From the IMG/VR virus record IMGVR_UViG_3300042516_000861, positions 1 to 60,452 of that record: 60,452 nt of DNA, one strand, 5' to 3'. Positions 29,431 to 37,424 of the stretch are shown piece by piece; within the stretch, counting starts at the first letter, position 1, and each line of letters opens with the position of its first letter. The notes under the pieces are model-generated. The model saw only the letters and a program-made list of their open reading frames with translations, was not told the origin of the DNA and did no database searches. Origin of the DNA: a virus. Its lineage: Duplodnaviria; Caudoviricetes. The position numbers were made by a program, and so were the translations under genes.

Positions 29431-32144
29431 TTGACCACTTCTCTCTTAAAGGTAAGTTTATCAACCAGGGTTGATTTAATCAAGCCAGCCTCTTGAGCCG
29501 TCTGGAACTGCTGAAGAACAAGTGTTCCCGTAGCGATAATTGCTCCGTAGTTTGCTGGACGAACAACGCCTTTGGCAATGTCAATCATCTGATTCCACAT
29601 ACTTTCTCGGGTCGAATCATTCAACTCAACCTGATATTTCTTGTAGATAGGGTGCGTTCCGCCTTCGCCTTCTTTATGAGCAAATGAACTCGGCGTGTGT
29701 AATTGAATCTCTACCTCAATGCCGTCTTTCCTTGCTTTGATATTAACTCCATCGTAAGGGTCGCCAGATTGCCAGAAATTCTTAACTCGTAATGTGAAGC
29801 CAGATGCCTCAAGAGCCTTTATTGTTGAATCAAGGGATTGAGCGTAATTCTCATCGCCAACTTTGAGCGTATAGCGAACTGCATCCGAGACAGCATCAGC
29901 CGCTCTTGACCTATCGCCATCAAATTCTGTAACTGCATCGCCATCAATTTTGCGAGCCAAAGAATCTGTTGATTTTACTCTTTGTTCCAATTGGACAAAT
30001 TCTCCGCCAGCATTTTCCTGGATGACTTTCATCAACTCTGTAACTTTTGGTTCAACCGCAAGCGCTCTTTCTCGGATACGCTTTGCTTCGGCAACTGCCT
30101 CTGCTGACCATTGTGGTCTAGCCATAACATCTGGGGCTAATGGTGGGACATCACCAGTCACATTCATAGCCCATGAGCCGTGTTTCTTTTGGTCATGCTC
30201 ACCATGCTTTGCGACATCTGACCAAGCCTTGCCGTCTCCAGAAAGAACATCAGAGTGTTGAAGGTTTTGCTCAGGAAACATATCTCTGTGGAACTGAAGC
30301 ATTGCTGAAGCCAAGCCTCGGCGTTGATGTGCAGGTTTCACAATCGCTTCATAGATTGTTGCAAAATTATCGTTTTTTGCGGATGTTCGCGCAACACTTC
30401 CAGCACCAGGCGGAAGAACCTCTATTTTTCCTACTATCAATTTGGCTATTTTCTGTCCCCATCCATCAATGGTTGTCCCATCGGTAGGTTTTTTAAGGGC
30501 AAAAATTTCACTCCCTTTTCCACCTTGGAGAAAAAGCACATAATCTGTTGGTTGTTTTCCTTCAGGCTGATAACGAACTACTCGCGTATTCTCATTGAAG
30601 AATTCATTAACGCCATCGTTCTTGCCAATGATGGTTAATTTCGGTGAACCTGAAGCAGCCCAAGAACCGTGTGTGGATTGGTCGTGTTCCTCATGTTTTG
30701 TAAGAGGTTTCCACGCAAAAGATTTCTTTGCGGGTGCATCAATAGCCTGTGCTTCAAATCCGTTGGCTGTAGACCATTCAAGAGAAATATCTAGCGCTTC
30801 TTGTGCTGTTACTGATAAACGATAAACAGGTAATTTAGTGCCAGGATTATCAAAGGCAAAAGCAACTGAAGCGCCCCATGTATGGTGACCGTCAATTACG
30901 AAACCATCGCTGGAAATAAGGATTCTTTCTTTTTCTGGAATTCCACCATCCTCACGGAATTTATTGTAAATCGCTCCAGAACGAGCAGCAGAAATTTCTT
31001 TCTGAACTGGTTTTAATGTGGTTGGGTCAATTTCTTCAGCCGTTGATGTAATGCCGTCAGACTTTTCAATTTCAGCAAGGAAGCGACCTCGTTCTTTTCC
31101 AGGAATCTGCGGCATATCTTTGCGAGCAATTCCCATACCTTCATCGCCATATAACAATGTTCCTTCAACACTTAATTCAGTAAGGTCTGGGTGGTCATCT
31201 CGTTTCGCCGCCGACATGAGAAAGGCTGAGACATTTTCTTTCTCAACTGTTGGGTGACCGCCATCCAAAATTGCTTGAGCAATATCGTCAGCCCATGAGC
31301 CGTGAGTCTTTTGGTCGTGCTGTCCCTGATTATGTTTTGCGACTTCTTTTTCAGCCCGAGCAATCATGGTTTTAGCCCAAGTAAATCCTGCATCGCCGCC
31401 CCAGGCATCCCAGGCAACTCGACCCGCTGAAGGGAATCCCTTTTCGCCTTGGCTAAAACCGATAGCCTCTTTGTCTACTTCGTGGCGAGCCAAAAATGAT
31501 TTCATTCGCTTCAGGGTTGCAAGCGAAACACCTTCTCCAGATGCCAACTGACCAGCGCGAGAGCGACCAATACCAGTAAAGCCGTCTCCAGCCTTGCCCT
31601 CAGAAATCCAATCAAGCGCTCTGCGGGCTGCGGTGCGGACAGCCATCGGAGGTATGTAACTATCTGACTTCTTAAATTCGTGCATCTGCGCTAAGCGCTT
31701 ATCAGCCTCAGCCTTTGTGTTATATGTGCCGAACTTTCTTTTGCCTTCCTCGTCATAAACTGTGTACTTGCCATCCTCACGGCGAATCATTTTGTTTAAT
31801 TCTTCAAATGGCTCTAAGCGCATTTCATAACCAGTAGTGGTCAAAAATAACTGGACATCGGCAATCGCTGAACCTGTAGATTTAATAACATCGGCAATCA
31901 TGTCGGCTGGGAGTGAGCCAGCAAGGGCTTTGAGATTGGCGTTTTTCATTGTGTCTACGAGGATTTCGAACTCATCCCAGACATCGTTCTCAGGCGCTTC
32001 TAGCCCACGGCGCAACATCTCATTGACGGCAAGGTGATGGACTTCTAATACTTCTGGGGTTGCCTCTGACTTATGTAGGCGTTCATGCAAGGCGCGTAGT
32101 TTATCTGCGCTTAACTGGATTAGTTTTGGTGCAATATCAGCCAT
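29427..32144 (-). CDS. Multidomain polyprotein: head-associated modules, tag-ParB/Srx-like, tag-GNAT, tag-RelA/SpoT-like synthetase
   Basis: Three tags; ILISSDGFVIDGHHTW (ParB); HQRRGLASAML (GNAT motif A); RVKSTDSLARK, DAVRY, YDGVN, EIQLHT (RelA/SpoT Syn motifs). Confidence 0.8.
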   Translation of the reverse strand: MADIAPKLIQLSADKLRALHERLHKSEATPEVLEVHHLAVNEMLRRGLEAPENDVWDEFEILVDTMKNANLKALAGSLPADMIADVIKSTGSAIADVQLFLTTTGYEMRLEPFEELNKMIRREDGKYTVYDEEGKRKFGTYNTKAEADKRLAQMHEFKKSDSYIPPMAVRTAARRALDWISEGKAGDGFTGIGRSRAGQLASGEGVSLATLKRMKSFLARHEVDKEAIGFSQGEKGFPSAGRVAWDAWGGDAGFTWAKTMIARAEKEVAKHNQGQHDQKTHGSWADDIAQAILDGGHPTVEKENVSAFLMSAAKRDDHPDLTELSVEGTLLYGDEGMGIARKDMPQIPGKERGRFLAEIEKSDGITSTAEEIDPTTLKPVQKEISAARSGAIYNKFREDGGIPEKERILISSDGFVIDGHHTWGASVAFAFDNPGTKLPVYRLSVTAQEALDISLEWSTANGFEAQAIDAPAKKSFAWKPLTKHEEHDQSTHGSWAASGSPKLTIIGKNDGVNEFFNENTRVVRYQPEGKQPTDYVLFLQGGKGSEIFALKKPTDGTTIDGWGQKIAKLIVGKIEVLPPGAGSVARTSAKNDNFATIYEAIVKPAHQRRGLASAMLQFHRDMFPEQNLQHSDVLSGDGKAWSDVAKHGEHDQKKHGSWAMNVTGDVPPLAPDVMARPQWSAEAVAEAKRIRERALAVEPKVTELMKVIQENAGGEFVQLEQRVKSTDSLARKIDGDAVTEFDGDRSRAADAVSDAVRYTLKVGDENYAQSLDSTIKALEASGFTLRVKNFWQSGDPYDGVNIKARKDGIEVEIQLHTPSSFAHKEGEGGTHPIYKKYQVELNDSTRESMWNQMIDIAKGVVRPANYGAIIATGTLVLQQFQTAQEAGLIKSTLVDKLTFKREVVK

Positions 32145-32175
32145 GGCTACATAGTAGCGGATTGAATTACAACCG

Positions 32176-32322
32176 TTATTTAGTTTCCTCTACCTGGATT
32201 AGATTCATCTCTATCATCTTATCCAGAATAGCAATTTCTCTTTCATCTGGAGGACCAGAAATATCTGAGGGCATAGAGGCATTAACCTTGGCTATCGCCT
32301 TGAGTCTTTCTTGTCTTTTCAT
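32176..32322 (-). CDS. 48-aa ORF, candidate immunity protein for the upstream GNAT
   Basis: Not in the ORF track. MKRQERLKAIAKVNASMPSDISGPPDEREIAILDKMIEMNLIQVEETK*; starts 1 nt after the upstream stop. Confidence 0.6.
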   Translation of the reverse strand: MKRQERLKAIAKVNASMPSDISGPPDEREIAILDKMIEMNLIQVEETK

Positions 32323-32323
32323 A

Positions 32324-34240
32324 CTATGATTTTACCGCACTTGCTGGCTTTTCTCTAGCGGTGCCGTCATAGACCAAGCCATCGCCATCTCTATCAACTG
32401 GACCTTCAAAGAGATTTCTGCCTTCAGGGGTAAGAATCTTCACATAATTAAGATTGAGGCTATCGAAAAGCCTCTCGCCAGCCCAAGTTACCGCCTTCTT
32501 TGTATCGCCAGTAACAGGGTGTTCGTAATCTGATGTAGTTCTGTCTTTGTAACCAATCATCACGAAATCGCTAGGCAAAGGAAAGTCATCGTTCTTTAGG
32601 TCTTTTATAGAATCCCAACGCGCTCCGTTTTCATCAGATACATAACCATTAGTAGCCCTACGCATAAGGGAATCAAATTCTTCTCTGGCTGGCTGACCAA
32701 AATCAAGTTCATCAGCACTATTCATATTAGTGATTCTGTTTACAACTATATGTTTAAAATCAGAGTCAATTTCTTCTGGTTGCCAGTCAAAACCGTCACG
32801 CGCCCACACGCGAGCGCCGTCCCAGCCAGTTCCAACTGTAATAGCGCCAAAACCTCTCTGGGTATACCAATCTTCGGAGCGGTCAATAAATTCTTTACCG
32901 AACCCTAAACCTTTATAGTCATCGTCAAGTTTTAATAACTTATGTTCTACTATCCAGACCCCATCTTCTTTATAGAATACTCGCTCGAACTCACCAGCAT
33001 AGTTTCCATTGGAATCTTCAATGTTGCCTTTTACGCTAATGCCCGCATCACCTGTAGGTGTATCGCTAGTCAAGTCCACATATTGAATCTCGGAACTCAG
33101 CGTAGTAACAGCATCGCCAACAGCATTTACTACGGTGTGGTCTGTATTGAAGATTTCTTCGAAATATGGAGTTACATTGGTGAGCATTTGCTCGGTACTT
33201 TCACCTCCGTTTTGGTCCATCCATAGCCCTGCAAGTTCTCCAGGCTCGCTGTATTCAATAAGTTCATCAATCATTTCCGCTTGGACATCTTCATAAATAG
33301 TAGATTTTTCTTGCTCTGTGTACTCATGGTTTGGGAATTCTTCTTGGAGTCTTTCCAGTCGCGCACTCACTCGACCATCAATTCCCTCGGTGGCTTGTGA
33401 ATATAAACCAGGGTCGTTCTCGACAAGCATTTTTAAGTCATCATAACCTGGTCCTTCTCCGCTGCCTTCCAGGATTGCATCTAAATCTTCTAGCGCTGGT
33501 CCTAGAGTGGACATTGCCTCCATGCGACCAATTTCTTCATCGGTGTATCCAGTAGCCCAAGAACCATGTGTTTTTTGGTCATGCTCGCCGTGTTTCAAGA
33601 CAGGGATTAACCCAGCCTCAAAACGAATTACTTTGTAGGCTTTGCCAACTTCTCCCAGATTTTTTGGGCGTAGGCTTCGATTTCCGAATCGCTCATATCC
33701 GCGATGTTGGCTGGCAGTTCTACCGCTTCCAGTTTTTTCGACATTACCTGTTCCTCCTGTTTCGATTTCAGCGAAGTTAGTTACATCCCAAATAGAAATT
33801 TGGTCTTGCTTTTGCCCTGCTGAGATTGCTCTCTCTCTATCTTGGATGTTTTCCGATACATCAAGATAAACCTGTCCATCGTCCTTATTATGCCATAACC
33901 CCAGGTAGTTTTTACCACCGCCGAGTTCTGCCTTATGTTTCTTCATGTAATCAGCAAGAATCTTTGGACCCTTGATTGGGTCATAGAAATCATCGGCAGA
34001 TACGACAGAGCCGTATTTAGCGCCCTTAGCGACCATGTACCCGCTAGTAGGTTCTGAGCCATCCACCATGTTTACGGAAAGACCGCCGTTCTCACGAACT
34101 CGGCTTAGGATTGAATCGGCAACTCCAGCGCCCATGCCACCAGTAGCCCAGTTTCCGTGGGTCTTTTGGTCGTGGGTGCCGTGTTTCTCCATAACAAGGG
34201 TTAGCCCCTTGCTTGAGTCATAACCAAAATTTTCAATCAT
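32324..34240 (-). CDS. Polyprotein: leader, tag-unknown domain, tag-acidic region plus GNAT, C-terminal DGDG motif
   Basis: Two tags; YKGLGFGKEF...GARVWARDGFDW GNAT; DRDGDGLVYDGT. Confidence 0.75.
   Translation of the reverse strand: MIENFGYDSSKGLTLVMEKHGTHDQKTHGNWATGGMGAGVADSILSRVRENGGLSVNMVDGSEPTSGYMVAKGAKYGSVVSADDFYDPIKGPKILADYMKKHKAELGGGKNYLGLWHNKDDGQVYLDVSENIQDRERAISAGQKQDQISIWDVTNFAEIETGGTGNVEKTGSGRTASQHRGYERFGNRSLRPKNLGEVGKAYKVIRFEAGLIPVLKHGEHDQKTHGSWATGYTDEEIGRMEAMSTLGPALEDLDAILEGSGEGPGYDDLKMLVENDPGLYSQATEGIDGRVSARLERLQEEFPNHEYTEQEKSTIYEDVQAEMIDELIEYSEPGELAGLWMDQNGGESTEQMLTNVTPYFEEIFNTDHTVVNAVGDAVTTLSSEIQYVDLTSDTPTGDAGISVKGNIEDSNGNYAGEFERVFYKEDGVWIVEHKLLKLDDDYKGLGFGKEFIDRSEDWYTQRGFGAITVGTGWDGARVWARDGFDWQPEEIDSDFKHIVVNRITNMNSADELDFGQPAREEFDSLMRRATNGYVSDENGARWDSIKDLKNDDFPLPSDFVMIGYKDRTTSDYEHPVTGDTKKAVTWAGERLFDSLNLNYVKILTPEGRNLFEGPVDRDGDGLVYDGTAREKPASAVKS
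33628..33744 (-). CDS. 38-aa gene nested out of frame inside the 32324-34240 polyprotein
   Basis: AGGAGG RBS 8 nt before ATG; MSKKLEAVELPANIADMSDSEIEAYAQKIWEKLAKPTK*. Confidence 0.65.
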   Translation of the reverse strand: MSKKLEAVELPANIADMSDSEIEAYAQKIWEKLAKPTK

Positions 34241-35012
34241 TTACTAACTCCACATCCCAGACTTTACCTTCATTATTGAGGATTTTGAACTTACTATCCC
34301 GAGGTAGAAGGAACTCTGCCTCTCTTGAGAATTGAGATTCTATGCCTGTAACGCTCGCGGGGAAAACCCCTTGCGTACCAGCGGGTAACTTCATGCGGAG
34401 AACGATGCCCTGATACATTCCACTTTCAGCGTTTGCGAACTTTGCACCCATCGCAGGGTCAAGGCTAGTAGAAGAAAATCCTTTGTCGGAATAAACATCC
34501 CCAACTTTTAACGCCTCGAAAAAATCTAATCCATTGCCTTTTACTCCACGGTACACAGTTATAGGGCTATCCAGAGGTGGGGCATACTCGATTGCTCCAT
34601 CTAAAAGAGCGATTGTGGTCGCAACACCATCTGTGCTAATAACTGGGTCACGGAGCGCTTCGTTTATTGTGTATCCGAGCATACTTTGGTAGGTATCAAC
34701 AGCGCGTGTGAACATACTGCCAACTACCCTGTGTCTAAGAATTGTGTCCATAAAAGATAATTCTCTGTCTGTATCAGAACCTAATTTAGCAATTTCAGAG
34801 TCACGCCATGCAACCAAGTCTGTAACAACCTCGCTACCAGTAGCCCAGTTTCCATGAGTCTTTTGGTCATGTTCGCCGTGCTTAGCAACTGGATTAACAA
34901 TCCATTTAAGGACTGCTCCGTTGGTTTGAGCCATGTAACTATTGAACTGGGCTTGAGTAAGGCTTTTGCGCTTGCCAGTAACAGGGCTATCAATAACAAT
35001 TTCACTTATCAT
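34233..35012 (-). CDS. Tagged VIP2-like (R-S-E) ADP-ribosyltransferase
   Basis: VYRG, GFSSTS, EAEFLLPRDSKF motifs after the tag. Confidence 0.85.
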   Translation of the reverse strand: MISEIVIDSPVTGKRKSLTQAQFNSYMAQTNGAVLKWIVNPVAKHGEHDQKTHGNWATGSEVVTDLVAWRDSEIAKLGSDTDRELSFMDTILRHRVVGSMFTRAVDTYQSMLGYTINEALRDPVISTDGVATTIALLDGAIEYAPPLDSPITVYRGVKGNGLDFFEALKVGDVYSDKGFSSTSLDPAMGAKFANAESGMYQGIVLRMKLPAGTQGVFPASVTGIESQFSREAEFLLPRDSKFKILNNEGKVWDVELVND

Positions 35013-35925
35013 CCCTAGTCACCTCAATCCCTGCTTTCTCAAGAAGTGCAATCGTATCCTCACCAACAATAGAAAATCTCTGTAATCGTACAGATTTAAT
35101 ATCACTCAACCTCACCCCTCCATGAATCTGCGCTTCAAAATAGTCAATATCTCTAATTGTTCTTACAGACCTAATTGGTCGTGATACTGTAGTCATATTT
35201 CTTTGAAAGTGACGGCTTCGGTAGGCTGAATCTACTTGCTCAAGACTTAAATTACCTTTTCGAGCATCTGTTACTAAAACTGGTGTTAAGCCGTGATTAG
35301 CCGAATCTCCAGGAGAAATCGTTGTTCTACCAGCAACCTTATCTTTCAAGATTATTTTTACATCACCGTATGAAAGTGTTTCATTTTCGACTGATGGTTG
35401 AAGTGGGGTGTCGAAATATCCGTAAATTGGACTATTTGCATTTGTAGGCTGACCCCATAAACCTTTTTCCAAGTCGTAGCGACCCTCGTTGTATTCAATT
35501 TCAAATCCTAGTGTTGGTTCAGGCAATTCTGTAAGACTCTTAAAACCACCATGCTCAACTATTTTTCTTAGTTCTAAATCTCCTGACGAAACTCTTATAG
35601 CGATAGGAGCCTCGGCTACTTGTTGCAACTGACTTCTACCCAAGTTTAATTCTTCGGAACTTAACTCTCTAGCCGTTAGTCTTTCTTGTTCTTTGAACTC
35701 AGGCTTCCACTCATAAGGCATAGCATCAAGACCAGACTCGCTAGAGCCTTCAGCCCAATTACCGTGGGTAGATTGGTCATGTTCTTGGTGCTTTTCCATC
35801 TTGTCAAAGAAATCTTCGACTCTGCCGCCTTCTAAAAGATGGGCATAGTAAGCGTTAAAATCTTCTTTGTTGAGGTTATTGGCTAGGTAAGCGTATCGCC
35901 TTGATTGTGCAGGAGTAGTCATCAT
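35002..35925 (-). CDS. Tagged DUF3626-like (ART-fold) protein
   Basis: PIYGY, YGDVKIILK, RTTISPGDS, YFEAQIHGG motifs. Confidence 0.7.
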   Translation of the reverse strand: MMTTPAQSRRYAYLANNLNKEDFNAYYAHLLEGGRVEDFFDKMEKHQEHDQSTHGNWAEGSSESGLDAMPYEWKPEFKEQERLTARELSSEELNLGRSQLQQVAEAPIAIRVSSGDLELRKIVEHGGFKSLTELPEPTLGFEIEYNEGRYDLEKGLWGQPTNANSPIYGYFDTPLQPSVENETLSYGDVKIILKDKVAGRTTISPGDSANHGLTPVLVTDARKGNLSLEQVDSAYRSRHFQRNMTTVSRPIRSVRTIRDIDYFEAQIHGGVRLSDIKSVRLQRFSIVGEDTIALLEKAGIEVTRDDK

Positions 35926-37424
35926 TCACCAACCGCCTTTTCTGCAACTGTAAGCATTGACCTATCTAAAACTACATAAATGCCGCGCTTGTCATCTTGG
36001 ACATGACCAGCATCGTAATACTGATAGCCCATAGCGGCAAGCCTTCTACCGACATTATTACGGTGAGACTTTTCCCCGCCCCAGACCATTTCCTTCATAA
36101 CTGTTTTTACAACTTCGGCTGTTGGCGCTTTGGCTGTATCAGGAATCATCATTGCCATCACTTTTCCGTTACCCAATTTATTGTTATCGGGGTCTACATC
36201 GTCAGCATAACTTTGAGCAGAATCAAGAAATGATGTTGTGTATGTTCCATTACCAAAGGCTCCCCAGCCTCCAAAATACTCGCCCTCTCTAAAATCGGTG
36301 AGGGCTTGCTCTGCCGTATAGGTCACTTCGCTATCTCCAGTAGATGAATAATCAGCGATGCCTCGAAAAACTATAAATCCACCTCCCTGCTCGGCTGATA
36401 ACTTTGCTAAATTCTCTAAATCCTCAAGTGTTTCTACAGTTTTTGGTTTCTCAGTAAAGCCTTGGCGCTCGGCAATAATCTTGAGCGCATTATCACCGTA
36501 TGCTTTGCCAGCGGTGGTTTCTGCAAAATCCATATTCTCGATTAAATCTAAAGTCTCAACATTATTACCAGCGGCTCTAACGGCTGCTTCGATGGCTATT
36601 CCAGGGGTATTTTGAGTCAGCGAACTATTGATGATGTTTAATTTTTCTTTGAAAAAGACCTCATCGAGCGCTTCAGTAATATCAACTCCAGCGCCACCGC
36701 CGCCTGCCCATGAGCCGTGTGTGCGTTGGTCATGTAATCCTTGGAGGTGCTTTTGGACTGCCGTTCCAATATCTGTCTTATTAACCGTTAATTTATCGGC
36801 ATTGAATAAAACAACCTCAGCCCTACCTGTTTTGTAAATTGAATAACCGTCATAACCTTTTGCCGCCCAGTAGATATTGGCAATGTCAGAATCAGAGAAA
36901 TTGTCCATCTTTCCAGAAGTAATTCTTTCTATAATCTTCGGCATATCTAAAGATGTTTCTTTATCAAAAAGACTATACGCTTTACTCCAAGCAATTTCGC
37001 CTTCAACCAACTTAACGCTTTTATCTAATTTCAAGCCTATAAGGTCTCCATACGCAGCCGCATATTCTGGTTCAGATGAGATATAAATTCCTTGACCCCA
37101 AGTTTGAAATGGAGTGAAACGAATTTCTCCATTTAATAAACTTTGAGCCTGTATATTTACATCTGTAACCCCACGGAAAAAGTTAATTTCTTCTTCTGAC
37201 AAATCTTCAAGTTTAGGCTTCATGCTCTTGCCTAAGCGCTCGGCAACCTTTTTATACATCTCATTAACTGTGGTAGAGCCAGAGATAATATCTTTGATTT
37301 CATCATCGGATAATTCGCTGGATGAGCCTTGGGAACCTTCAGCCCAATTACCATGAGATGACTGGTCATGTTCCTGATGTTTGAAAACTGGGATAAGCCC
37401 AGGCGCGAACTTGATTACCTTCAT
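35922..37424 (-). CDS. Polyprotein with two tagged ADP-ribosyltransferase-like domains
   Basis: Likely start MKVIKF at 37424 (ATGA overlap with the MuF stop); FFRG..GQGIY..AAAY..GYDG..EVVLF and VFRG..FGNGTY..AQSY..GYQ..YVVLDR. Confidence 0.7.
   Translation of the reverse strand: MKVIKFAPGLIPVFKHQEHDQSSHGNWAEGSQGSSSELSDDEIKDIISGSTTVNEMYKKVAERLGKSMKPKLEDLSEEEINFFRGVTDVNIQAQSLLNGEIRFTPFQTWGQGIYISSEPEYAAAYGDLIGLKLDKSVKLVEGEIAWSKAYSLFDKETSLDMPKIIERITSGKMDNFSDSDIANIYWAAKGYDGYSIYKTGRAEVVLFNADKLTVNKTDIGTAVQKHLQGLHDQRTHGSWAGGGGAGVDITEALDEVFFKEKLNIINSSLTQNTPGIAIEAAVRAAGNNVETLDLIENMDFAETTAGKAYGDNALKIIAERQGFTEKPKTVETLEDLENLAKLSAEQGGGFIVFRGIADYSSTGDSEVTYTAEQALTDFREGEYFGGWGAFGNGTYTTSFLDSAQSYADDVDPDNNKLGNGKVMAMMIPDTAKAPTAEVVKTVMKEMVWGGEKSHRNNVGRRLAAMGYQYYDAGHVQDDKRGIYVVLDRSMLTVAEKAVGE

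Larger units (their letters stand above)
28278..37382 (-). repeat. Ten dispersed copies of the peptide tag K-H-x(2-4)-H-D-Q-x-x-H-G-x-W-A
   Basis: Copies at 37341-37382, 36705-36752, 35752-35793, 34842-34883, 34145-34186, 33554-33595, 31290-31337, 30657-30698, 30168-30209 and 28278-28319. Confidence 0.95.

Noticed and set aside
28278-37382. Tag repeats as a CRISPR array or DNA-level repeat element
   Set aside because: Spacing is 0.5-2.2 kb, conservation is at peptide level with synonymous changes, and no cas genes are present
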